From: Planctomycetota bacterium
GTDB taxonomy: Bacteria; Planctomycetota; PLA2; JAEUHO01
DNA length: 64,000 nt
Direction of reading: 5' to 3'
Assembly: GCA_965222115.1 (NCBI GenBank)
Contig: CBDCTJ010000003.1
Coordinates: 160,001-224,000 of the forward strand
Part shown: one piece after another, positions 40,901-49,618 of the stretch
Layout: each line of letters begins with the position of its first letter
Position numbering within the stretch: the stretch's first letter is position 1
Notes under the pieces: model-generated
The model's database searches: none
Seen by the model: the letters and a program-made list of their open reading frames with translations, nothing else
What the model was told of the DNA's origin: nothing
Program-made: the position numbers and the translations under genes

Positions 40901-41725
40901 AACAGTTTCAAGCGGCGCTTCGTCTTCAAGCGCCGACTCGTCTTCTGTGGGTGTGCGAGTGAGCCGCTTTGCAACCGCACCGCCCTCACCCCGGGGTAGC
41001 GGCGTCAATCGAACGCGCGCACCTACGGCGTAGACTTCGCCGTGCGCATCCGCATCCATCACGCGACCGCGCAGTTCGATGCCCTGTCGCAGCGTAATTC
41101 CCTTGGCCTCACCGCCCGATTCCGCGCGTCCCAGATACTGCAACCGCCCTGTAGGCGTCCTCAGGAGCAATGAGTAAATCCCTGGGGCGAGATGATCAAA
41201 TGCGTAGCTGCCATCGTCGCTACTCGTCGCGACGGAAGCCAAGTCGCCCTTGTCGGAGGGCAATGCATAGACGACAGGCCGCGCCTTCTTCGTGGCACCC
41301 AACAGCTTGACCGTGCCGTGCAAGCGCTTGCCTTCAAGCAATCGCAATGTGACCGTCGTCATCGTCGTATCGCTTGGCACACGAACGGATGCATGGCCGG
41401 GTGCCCACACGACATAGTCGCCAGGGATTTGTCCTGACGGCTTCTTGGCTGCGAGGTAGTCCTCGATCATGCCGTCTTTATTGCTATGGGCACGAACGTC
41501 GCGACGCGGATCAAAGAGTGGTAGGTGATGCACGTGCTCTGTGACCCAACTCACGCGGGCACCCTGGAATGGACGTCCGGTCTTACCCAAGACCTGAATG
41601 CGCGCGGGCCAACTCGCTTTGGGCGTCGCGTCTTCTTTGGCAACGGATTGCGATTCAGTAACAAGCACCGCGCTACAAACAAGCAGCGTTGACATCAACA
41701 ACGTGGCGCCAAACCTCATCGTCAT
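37976..41725 (-). CDS. Large secreted protein with multiple carboxypeptidase-regulatory-like (transthyretin-like) repeats
   Basis: Signal peptide; recurring GRV.D..G.PV.GA.V and TD..G.F...GL.PG.Y motifs. Confidence 0.88.
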   Translation of the reverse strand: MTMRFGATLLMSTLLVCSAVLVTESQSVAKEDATPKASWPARIQVLGKTGRPFQGARVSWVTEHVHHLPLFDPRRDVRAHSNKDGMIEDYLAAKKPSGQIPGDYVVWAPGHASVRVPSDTTMTTVTLRLLEGKRLHGTVKLLGATKKARPVVYALPSDKGDLASVATSSDDGSYAFDHLAPGIYSLLLRTPTGRLQYLGRAESGGEAKGITLRQGIELRGRVMDADAHGEVYAVGARVRLTPLPRGEGGAVAKRLTRTPTEDESALEDEAPLETVVDDKGRFLFTGLQPGVYRVEMADPLWTLADPHTLVQVDDIRVNERELWFARRRTTVRGRVIWSDEKPVAGVTVSLVRPPNSSNARSRIAVPQPVMSDENGQFEINGVTPASDYRILLVSDAIMPVLDKLLDVTPGGANDVGDIAVKPAWSLRVKTRDIHGKPVPDAKVTAHPMAKEAFSIWDTEFMPRLTATTDAEGLAVIAHMPEDDVVWTISAPGYQLARGKEFFPSSGTVRDVEATLTRLHEISGAVRRLTGPVRNAYSVRARAHRSDFTKVIQSRQDGTFQMDGLPSDPLVFEVLGRGEQSSHVLAQRDQVMPGIESAIDLVIPPVVSISGRVEDSDRDERIHVSLYASVYNAKEDVYSFREVGTYPTEDEGSSISFTIEDVPPGRYELRAVQGLRDSDVQSVLVKTDNVDGVSLTLMPISRLAGSVFDADGKPVFGARIQAERLQGPGMARYGPGCKRVTTTRDNGAFAYDEIASGLWRLTVVTPDGGVHTQIVRLPPNEVLVLPPINMTNGGTIVVRAEASNGEPVDGAMIAVTRSDDVGPTWRMVTSEQGIAELDGLQPGSYRLFRRVRGIEVPADQTVLVDVANEKRSEVTFRDSSDTHLSGIIRRDGGEGAAGVSLELLLTDVGASAYFRRHALRSDEYGRFSVRGIPPGRYRLRQTDAAMQVEHVVQLNEGQDVEVELEVYDALLEGTVVDAFGDPVLEADVIATWMGNKASKSYDGPVFEARGRSDALGRFRIAGVPYGRYNVEVRAEGWPPLLADNMQSDKAGHTISMDLRFSHGGRIEVWAIDKSKQSVPDATVVIHDADGHPLHRSTLTTGMDGKLLLEGVAIGSACVRVHAQGYGRAMSSLIPVRSGRLSTVKLTLVPSGSAHVRIEDSAGHVLRGAEVSLFQRGESLPLVHLPEVSDASVGKRTRRLTEDGSLVIPDLRPGPYTVRVRVDGSPAHVVEQPLVIAEGRVARCTLRVDIR

Positions 41726-42315
41726 GGGTTCGCCTTCTCCTGCATCTGTGCAATGCGCGCTCGCAGCGCCTCGAGAAGTGCGCGTGCGTGCGGCCCCGTG
41801 CCACGCACCAATACCCGTCGGGGGTGAACAGGTGGTTCCTCCGGCAAGGAATCCTGTGCGCGAACCGCGTCGTGTTCCCCGACCACCGTCTCAAGCTCAA
41901 TCATGAGCCGATCGTCCGGCAGGGCTTCCTCAACGCGGTCACCCCATTCGACGGCAGTCAGACGTCCCGACCCACAAAGTTCTTCAAATCCAATGCCCTC
42001 AAAGTCCTCCGGACCGCCGGTTCGATAGGCATCCAGGTGGTGAAGTGTCCTCACAATGTCACCGCCGGGTAGTTCGTAGACGCGATGCAGGGTGTAGGTG
42101 GGACTCAGAACGGGCTGCGACGACGGTACGCCGAGCGCGCGGGCAAGGGCGCGCACAAAGACCGTCTTACCGCTTCCGAGATGGCCGCGCAGGTCCAGAA
42201 CCAAGCCCTGTTCGAGCGCATCTCGGTTGGTGGGATCCACGATCGAGGCCGCCAATTGCTGTGCAAAATGGCCAAGTGCGTCGGGCGTAGGTATGACGAG
42301 TGCAAGAATGTTCAT
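41722..42315 (-). CDS. tsaE: tRNA threonylcarbamoyladenosine biosynthesis ATPase
   Basis: L.GHLGSGKTVFVRALA, SPTYTL, HLDAYR, VEWGD. Confidence 0.92.
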   Translation of the reverse strand: MNILALVIPTPDALGHFAQQLAASIVDPTNRDALEQGLVLDLRGHLGSGKTVFVRALARALGVPSSQPVLSPTYTLHRVYELPGGDIVRTLHHLDAYRTGGPEDFEGIGFEELCGSGRLTAVEWGDRVEEALPDDRLMIELETVVGEHDAVRAQDSLPEEPPVHPRRVLVRGTGPHARALLEALRARIAQMQEKANP

Positions 42316-42402
42316 CGACGCGTTCAGTCTTTCGCGCGCGGGGGACAGGCCCGCACCTCAGGCGTATCGTAGACGCGAATCATCCAATCGGAGGAGGTCG
42401 TG

Positions 42403-43410
42403 ATGGCCAAGATGAGTCGTTTGTGGGCAATTGCCCTCGTCGCCATGTTTGTTTCCGCTCCTGCATACGCCGAAGACGAGACGCCCGACGTGCGCGAACA
42501 GTTGGAGCGCGCGAAGGAACAGACGCGGAAGGCCCATGAGAAACTCAAGAAGGCGCTAGACGCGCGCCGGCAGGCCGAAGAGAGTGCGCGTGCGCTCTAC
42601 GAAGTCAGTCGCGCGAGCCGCCAAAACGAACGACGGCGCGACATTCGCCGCGCCATTGCCGGCGGGCTTGAGGGCCTGCGTGCTTTGGGTGGTCACGAGC
42701 AGCTCGCCGATCGCCTTCAAGCGGTACTCGGTGAACTCTCGAAGAAGATAGAGTCCGAGGGCCGTCATTTCCGCGAGAAACACCGAAACAGCCCCGCCGT
42801 TCGCAATTTCCCCGGCGGCAAAAAGCGAGCGAAGGCGAATGCGCAGGCTGAAGCTGTCCGAGTTTTGGCATGGCGAATCGGCACGCTACGCGTCGCCATG
42901 AAAGCTTTGCTCGAAGCAAAGAAACAAGATGCCGCCGAACTCATGGAACGCGCCATTCATACAGGCGAACTCATGCTGGAAGGTCGTACCGACAACGAAG
43001 CACAAAAGGTCTTCCGTCAGACGCCCAACCTTGGACAACTGTCTGAGTTGCTCGGTGTATCAAGCAAGCTGTGGTCGAAGTGGGGCAATGCCAAGAACGC
43101 CGAAGCCACCGCCAAACTCGCCGAGTACTACCAAGATCGCTGGCAAGCCCAGAAAGCCGAGCGACGTGCAGCACGCGATGAGCGCGAAGTCGAGGATGTC
43201 GTCGAAGCAGAAGATGAAGAAGAGCGCCGACGCGTTGTGGAAGCCGAAGAGGACGAGCGGCGCCAGCGCGATCACGCGGACCGACGCGCGGCGGAAAACC
43301 GCCAGTTGCGCGCCCACGTCCACCAGCTCGCCACGCAGATCGCAGCGATGCAAGAGCGCATCAATGGCCTCACCCACAAACTGCAAAAGATCGTTAACGA
43401 GCTGAAGTAG
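42403..43410 (+). CDS. Secreted coiled-coil hypothetical protein
   Basis: GGAGGAGG RBS, signal peptide ending AYA, E/R/A-rich helical sequence. Confidence 0.8.
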   Translation: MAKMSRLWAIALVAMFVSAPAYAEDETPDVREQLERAKEQTRKAHEKLKKALDARRQAEESARALYEVSRASRQNERRRDIRRAIAGGLEGLRALGGHEQLADRLQAVLGELSKKIESEGRHFREKHRNSPAVRNFPGGKKRAKANAQAEAVRVLAWRIGTLRVAMKALLEAKKQDAAELMERAIHTGELMLEGRTDNEAQKVFRQTPNLGQLSELLGVSSKLWSKWGNAKNAEATAKLAEYYQDRWQAQKAERRAARDEREVEDVVEAEDEEERRRVVEAEEDERRQRDHADRRAAENRQLRAHVHQLATQIAAMQERINGLTHKLQKIVNELK

Positions 43411-45949
43411 CGGCCTTGCCCGCAGCCTCGCGAATGTGAGGCATTGGGTCCGATTGTGCGATGCGGGCAAGTAGCTCTCGCGTGGCATCGCCGAGTTGTG
43501 CATTTTGGGCGAGCCCGCGAACGGTCATGAGGCGCACACTGGGCACCGCATCGGCGAGCGATTTCTCTATCTGACTCGCTGCGCGCGGATCATCGGAGGA
43601 CTTGGCAAGCAGGATCGCGGCAAGTGCGCGACGATCGGACTCCTTATGCCCTGCAAGCTCAATGAGAGCGGGAATTGCCTGACGGGCCGATTCTCCACTC
43701 TCTTGCAGTACGCGCATGGCCATGGCGTACTCCCTCCACGACGGTCGAAGCGCCATGTGCGCGGCGTGCGAGATGCTCTTAGGACCAAGATGCGCCAAAG
43801 CGACGGCACATGCGTCGCCCACCGTGCCACCAAAGTGCGTCGTCGCGGCCTTCCAAAGGGATGGCACGTGATCGCTTGCAGCCGAGCCCATGCGCTTCAA
43901 TACGTTCGCAGCCATTTGAACAATCTGAGGATGCTTCGACGACAACTGGCCTGCCACGTCCTTACGAAGACCCGTCGCGTGACCTGAGCACTCGTTCAGG
44001 ATCGTGAGAGCGGTGAGCGCCTGCTGGTCACCGGCTGCCAAGTCTTCCTTGAGTCGCGGCGCCACGATTGTGACATCTTTGCCGAGCGCTTTCGCTACCG
44101 ACGGTGCAAGGGGACTGACACGAACAGCATGCCAATGCTGCGCCATCACTTTTGCGACGGATTGACTCTGTCTCGACACGACGCGTGTCAAGAGCTCAAA
44201 CGCTGGCATGCTTCGTCGACCCTTCTCCAGGAAAAGAGCCTCGACGAGTGGTGCCGAAACATCGGGTGCATGATCCGAAAGCAAAAGCACCGCCATCGCA
44301 TGGCTCGCAGGATTTGAATCCACGAACGACGCACCCGATAGCACCTCGCGCAGCGGATGCGACTCCCCGATTCGAGCAAGCCAGAATCGAGCTGCGAGCG
44401 CCGTATCGGAATCGCGGGATGTGGCCATCTTCTGCAGCCACGGACGATGCTTTTTGATTTGTTGGAGGATGGGCGCAAGCAGACGCGCGCGCTGACGCTG
44501 AAGTTCGGGCAAAGATGAGGAATCCAACGCAGGTGAACAGAGGATCAATACGTGGTTAAGGGCACGCATGCACGCGCTTCGCTTTGAGGTTTCTGCCTCG
44601 CGAGCGATCCTCAACAGGGTTTCAAATTCGCTTAGCGAAGGCAGTACACCCTTCTGAAACGGCGACACCGCCGCTTCGCGCACGAGATCCGAATCGTTCG
44701 ACAGATGGGGCAAGGTCAAGCGAAAGACAGCGTGCGCCTGTTTCTTCCTGATCGCAACGATGGCGCCCAATATCTCTAGTAAGTATGCCTTGTGAACGGG
44801 ATCGTTCGTTGCCCGAAGCTCAAGTCCTACAAGGGTGATGCCAGGCATCCCAAAGCCCGCCACAGCAGCAGCAACGCTCTCCAACACATGATCTCGTGAG
44901 CGCAGAAATGGCACTCCACGCAAGACATCCACCGCCATCTTGTCGGTTACGCGTGACAGCGTGAACCATGCCAACAATGCCTCGGATTGCTTCGCGTGGA
45001 CACGCTTGCGTAGCGCCTTACGAAGGGCATCGCTGGGTGCCGCGATGCGCGCCAACGCTTGGCAGACATTGAGCCGTACGCCTTCGTCGGCTGCATCGAG
45101 ATGGGGAAGGAGTGCCTTCGTGGCGTCGGCGTCCTCGTGGTACAGACTCGCTGCCTCGCCCTTGGGCTTGGCCAATGCATGAAGCAGTATGGCCATGTTT
45201 CGAATTTCAACGACCGACGTCGATGCCTCGAGTGTCGAACAAAGCATCTTGTTGGTTGCCGGTTCCAACGCGCGCAACGCCTCAATGCCCAAGCGTTGAA
45301 CCTCCAAGTTGTCGGTCTTCATGATGTGCTGGACAATGGAATGAACCGCACCCGATGCTCGATCCTTCATTGCGCCGAGTTGTTCGATTGCGTGACGAAC
45401 GAATCGTTCGGGCGTTCCATTGGATTCGAGCACTGCGCTGTACACGATCGCCGGTTCTTTGCTAGTCTTGTCGTGGGCAAGAACGACATCGGCGGCAGCA
45501 AGGCGCGTGAGCAGGTCGTTGCTCTCTCCGAGCAATCGCGCAACCCGTCCAGCCTGCGGCGGCTCAAGATAGGGCGCCTTTGCAAGGGCCATCAGGGATA
45601 TCGCGCGCTCGCTTCCCTTCTTTGACTCAATGAACGCAAGCAGTTCGTCAACGCCCTTGCCTCCAATGGCGGATAGCGCTAGATACACGTTGACGTGAAG
45701 ATCGCTTCGCGTTGATTTGAGCAACGTAGTCAGCGAATGCACTGCCACGGGTGCGTCGGGGCCCAACTGCTTTATAGCGTCGAGCGCCTTCCCGACCGTG
45801 GCGTCGTCCTTGGAATGCAACTCCGCAATCCATGTTGAAGCACGCTTGCCCATCATCCATGCTTCCGGCGCGTCTTTGCATGACGTCAGCATGCAAGCTA
45901 GTGCCACGACAAAGCACAGCCACTTTGCAAAGCGATTGGGGAAACACAT
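43394..45949 (-). CDS. HEAT-repeat lipoprotein
   Basis: Lipobox-like LTSC, GKRASTWIAEL, recurring ..VR..A..AL..LG..A..AVP.L motifs. Confidence 0.85.
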   Translation of the reverse strand: MCFPNRFAKWLCFVVALACMLTSCKDAPEAWMMGKRASTWIAELHSKDDATVGKALDAIKQLGPDAPVAVHSLTTLLKSTRSDLHVNVYLALSAIGGKGVDELLAFIESKKGSERAISLMALAKAPYLEPPQAGRVARLLGESNDLLTRLAAADVVLAHDKTSKEPAIVYSAVLESNGTPERFVRHAIEQLGAMKDRASGAVHSIVQHIMKTDNLEVQRLGIEALRALEPATNKMLCSTLEASTSVVEIRNMAILLHALAKPKGEAASLYHEDADATKALLPHLDAADEGVRLNVCQALARIAAPSDALRKALRKRVHAKQSEALLAWFTLSRVTDKMAVDVLRGVPFLRSRDHVLESVAAAVAGFGMPGITLVGLELRATNDPVHKAYLLEILGAIVAIRKKQAHAVFRLTLPHLSNDSDLVREAAVSPFQKGVLPSLSEFETLLRIAREAETSKRSACMRALNHVLILCSPALDSSSLPELQRQRARLLAPILQQIKKHRPWLQKMATSRDSDTALAARFWLARIGESHPLREVLSGASFVDSNPASHAMAVLLLSDHAPDVSAPLVEALFLEKGRRSMPAFELLTRVVSRQSQSVAKVMAQHWHAVRVSPLAPSVAKALGKDVTIVAPRLKEDLAAGDQQALTALTILNECSGHATGLRKDVAGQLSSKHPQIVQMAANVLKRMGSAASDHVPSLWKAATTHFGGTVGDACAVALAHLGPKSISHAAHMALRPSWREYAMAMRVLQESGESARQAIPALIELAGHKESDRRALAAILLAKSSDDPRAASQIEKSLADAVPSVRLMTVRGLAQNAQLGDATRELLARIAQSDPMPHIREAAGKAATSAR

Positions 45950-46037
45950 CCGCACTCTTGTACCAGCCGCCACCTTGCGTGTGCTAGGAAGTTGCACAAT
46001 TTGCTCCCGGTGCAAATTGTGGACCCTTGCAGTCGAT

Positions 46038-46334
46038 CTCACGCAGAGGCGCCACGATGCAGAGGCGCGGGGGCGCAAGCGTTGAGGATCGTAGCTGGTA
46101 AATGTGCTGGCGTGCCGTACGCGGGACGGGCCTTGAAGATGAAAATTCTCACCAAGGAAAGGCGAAGGTCACCAAGCGCGACCGAAGATTGAAACGATTG
46201 CCGGCTTTGGGTCGTTTGCATCTCAATCACAAGAATGAGTCTCTTCAATACGCGGCGGGGCCGGGCGAATCCTAGTCATCGGCTAACGACACGGATGCTC
46301 GCTGCGCCTCTCCCACTCGGCGTCTCTGCGTAAG
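46038..46334. repeat. About 300-bp segment bounded by 33-nt imperfect inverted repeats (MITE/REP-like)
   Basis: CTCACGCAGAGGCGCC-N7-AGAGGCGCGG at 46038-46070 matches the reverse complement of 46302-46334, CTTACGCAGAGACGCC-N7-AGAGGCGCAG. Confidence 0.6.
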
Positions 46335-46468
46335 GTCACCCACGTGCGACGAACAAGAATTCGCTTCGAGTCCGAACGGCGTCCACTTCGATGGGCTACG
46401 CGCTCAACATTTGCTCCCGGCACAAATTGTGAAGTTGCGCAAACGCTCCCGGTGCGAAACCTAGGGGG

Positions 46469-49400
46469 TCACCGCAGATCGATCACGCGCTCCACATCGT
46501 TCACGCCGTCGAATTCAATCACTTCGTCGATTCGTGCATTGGAGCTACCGTACGACATGCCGTTTACGCGGAAACTCCCCTTGCAGATTCCTCGAATCGT
46601 GAGCGTACCGGCGCCATCAGCACGCCGGCTATACGTTGGACCCCGCTGGGCAGTTGCAAAGATGTGCATGCGTGGGGGTGACTGACCATCTTTTACTTTC
46701 ACGATGAGCCGAAAGGTCGATCCTGGATTCGTGGCGACCGTTCCCAAATCAATCGATTCGTTGGTAAGCGTCACCTTTGGCATAACCAGGGGCGCCTTAT
46801 TTGGCACATCGACCCAGAGCGTGTACGTACCTGGTTTATAGCCACCAAGCGTCAATGTGTCATGGGCCCCATTGAGCATGACATGGATCGGAGCCTTTTC
46901 TTCGGCACGCATGGCGTCACGATAGAGGTACGCCGTCAGCCGGCGTGCGCTTCCGGGATTCATGGAAATCTGCGGCGGTGGATCCAGTGTGACGGTTGCC
47001 GTTGGCCCTTGAATGGCATACAGTTCTATGCCTTCGATCGGTCCGTCAACTGTTGCAAAGCCCTTGGTTGGATGGGGTAAGCACGTCGGGTGGTAAAGCC
47101 GAATTCTCTTGGGCTGACCCGCGACGGTTCGAAACCAAAATGTTCCATCCGTTCGATCGACGGGCTTGCCAACGGTACCCGGCCCCATTCCATACATGGC
47201 AAAGCCGCTGGGGCGTTCGCCCTCCGCCCCCACAGAAAACCCTACATACGAAACGCCGTCGGGGGGGACAACCTTCCCCTTAGCCCAGCCGGCACCCGAG
47301 AGATCGAGGGCAACACTTGCCGTGGGACTCGACGGCCCCACGTCGAAGGAGACAGTTGCCAAGCCGGACGTGGCGTCAACCGCTCGATAGCGCCCTGGGG
47401 CCAATCCTCCAAACGTCACAACGCCATTTGCGTCGGCGCGATCAGCCCCCGTACTCATATGAGCCAATGGACTTGGCTGCCACGACTTTTTGTCTGCGTC
47501 CCACGCTTGGTAGTAGACGCGGTGCCGGCCGTCTTTGGGCAACGTTACGTTGACCAGAACCTTGTAGGTGCGGCGCAGCGCAACCGGCACAGGAATGGGA
47601 TCCGGCAGGCTGAGGTCAGCAGAAACGGGTTTCTCTACTCGATAGCCTCCCATGCGAATCGGCAACGACGCAATGCCGGTTTCGGTGAGTGGAGCAAATA
47701 CGACGTCGCACACGCCCTGAGCATCGGGCTTGAGTGAGACGTTCGTTTCTCCCCAGACGACGTCTTGGTTAAATCCCTTGGGAGGCGGTGCACCATCTAC
47801 TGTAATCGTCACTCGCAACGTGCGCTCGCGCGGAAACGTATGCTCGAACCTCCCGTCACCGTTGCTTAGATCCACAGCGCCCAAGGCGGCCCTAGCAAAG
47901 GGTGTGTTTGTCCGCGAGACGAAACAGTTGACACGCCATCCAGGAGTAGAGTAGAGATCGCGAAGGACGGCGTACCCATCATCGTTGGTCTCTGCTGGAC
48001 TTTGTATCAGGTTGTTCCCGGGCCCCCGCGCCGACAGCCAAACGCCGATTGCCGGGGATCCGTCGGGCTCCTTCGCGAACAGTTCGATCTTTCGCAAGGG
48101 GTAAAACGCGGCAGGTGAACCCACGTCACTATCGCGTTTTGCATGGAGTCGCGCCGCGCCAACGCCATCTGCGTAGGCAATCGCCGATGCGTATCCGGGC
48201 CCCCACCCTTCCACCACGATGTGACCATCTTCTACGCGCCCTGTGGAGGGAATGTTATTCAGCCCGCTATTTGCGAACGGCTTGAGCACGATGGTCGCAC
48301 CTTCCGTCGGCACACCATGCCCCTTGTCCTCCATGGGCCAACGAATCGTACGTGGGAGCGGAAGCTCGACGACGCATGTCGTCTCTCCCGGCTTGGCTTG
48401 GGAGACGCCCGGCCCGACGCTGGCACGGCTGCTCCTTCCGAATCGAACCGGATAGCCGTCCGCTTCAGCGCGCACGTTGAGGTGATCGTCTGGAGCCAAC
48501 CCCGATACCAGGCATTGCCCGCGTTCATCGGTCACAAGCTGACTCGGTGACGTGAAGAGAGGCGTTTCGCGCCGTATTCCTCGATCGCGACTCGTTATGC
48601 CTACGTAGACGTTTGCCCCGGGGACAGGCTTTTCGGTCGTCGCTTCCCGCACAAGCACTGTTACGGATCGTTCTCTAGGAACCACAATGTTTATTGGCGC
48701 CCGCGCTTTGCGAGGAACGGCAATGTCCACCCTTCCCTGACCGCATCCGGGAGCACTTGCAACGATGAGCCAATGCCCTTGCGGAACGCGTTCCAGACGC
48801 AAAGACCCGTCCTTATCTGTCTTTCGCGTCCGGCGGACGGTGTACTGCCCAAAAAGACTGTGCACCAGATGGACCGTGGCGGGAATGCCACCGTCACAGT
48901 CACTTGTCACCTCCAGTTGAAGGCTCTGCGGGTGTACAACTACTATCGGCTGCACCTTCAGGTCGCCTGTCCGAACTCGCGTATCCGTGCGGGAAACTTG
49001 AGGAAGGAACAGCGTCGTCAGACCCATCCGCCCATCCGCCGTCGTAGCGAGGACCTGCGTTGGGATTCGCCGCTCCCACATCGCAGGAAGTGCAAAGCTG
49101 ATTTCATAGGAACCTTCGGTCCCTGTGGTTGCGGTCCCCAACGTGTTTCCGTCGTATTGAATCTCGACGGACGCGCCTTCGACTACGTTTCTCTCAGAGT
49201 CTTCGACTCGCCCCACGACCCGAATCGAGGCTTGGTCATCTGTCTTCGGACTCTGACGAACCGATGGATCACCGCGTAGAGCTACTGCAGTGTCATCGTC
49301 AGCTTCTTGCGCCAACATCGGTGCGTTCGTCTCGGACTCTTTGGTGTCGACGGTATTCGACTCAACGGGCATGTACTGAGTCGAAGTAAAGAGCATCTGG

Positions 49401-49480
49401 TTCGAGAGAACGTATGCACCAACACCCACCGCCACAAAGACCAGTGCCAACACCCACCCCCGCAACGACATGCGAATCAC
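46469..49480 (-). CDS. Membrane-anchored protein with carboxypeptidase-regulatory-like repeats
   Basis: N-terminal TM, GRVEDSE..VEGASV, TD..G repeats, GLAPGRY. Confidence 0.85.
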   Translation of the reverse strand: MIRMSLRGWVLALVFVAVGVGAYVLSNQMLFTSTQYMPVESNTVDTKESETNAPMLAQEADDDTAVALRGDPSVRQSPKTDDQASIRVVGRVEDSERNVVEGASVEIQYDGNTLGTATTGTEGSYEISFALPAMWERRIPTQVLATTADGRMGLTTLFLPQVSRTDTRVRTGDLKVQPIVVVHPQSLQLEVTSDCDGGIPATVHLVHSLFGQYTVRRTRKTDKDGSLRLERVPQGHWLIVASAPGCGQGRVDIAVPRKARAPINIVVPRERSVTVLVREATTEKPVPGANVYVGITSRDRGIRRETPLFTSPSQLVTDERGQCLVSGLAPDDHLNVRAEADGYPVRFGRSSRASVGPGVSQAKPGETTCVVELPLPRTIRWPMEDKGHGVPTEGATIVLKPFANSGLNNIPSTGRVEDGHIVVEGWGPGYASAIAYADGVGAARLHAKRDSDVGSPAAFYPLRKIELFAKEPDGSPAIGVWLSARGPGNNLIQSPAETNDDGYAVLRDLYSTPGWRVNCFVSRTNTPFARAALGAVDLSNGDGRFEHTFPRERTLRVTITVDGAPPPKGFNQDVVWGETNVSLKPDAQGVCDVVFAPLTETGIASLPIRMGGYRVEKPVSADLSLPDPIPVPVALRRTYKVLVNVTLPKDGRHRVYYQAWDADKKSWQPSPLAHMSTGADRADANGVVTFGGLAPGRYRAVDATSGLATVSFDVGPSSPTASVALDLSGAGWAKGKVVPPDGVSYVGFSVGAEGERPSGFAMYGMGPGTVGKPVDRTDGTFWFRTVAGQPKRIRLYHPTCLPHPTKGFATVDGPIEGIELYAIQGPTATVTLDPPPQISMNPGSARRLTAYLYRDAMRAEEKAPIHVMLNGAHDTLTLGGYKPGTYTLWVDVPNKAPLVMPKVTLTNESIDLGTVATNPGSTFRLIVKVKDGQSPPRMHIFATAQRGPTYSRRADGAGTLTIRGICKGSFRVNGMSYGSSNARIDEVIEFDGVNDVERVIDLR

Positions 49481-49618
49481 TCCTCTCGAACCGTGTACAC
49501 CTCGCGCGACGCGGCGACAATGAAAGACGCACGCGCGAAGAAGTCCATCGTATCACGTTCGACGCCACGAATCCTGCGCATACTGTGATGTTGCGAATAC
49601 GCTCCCGGTGCAAATCGT

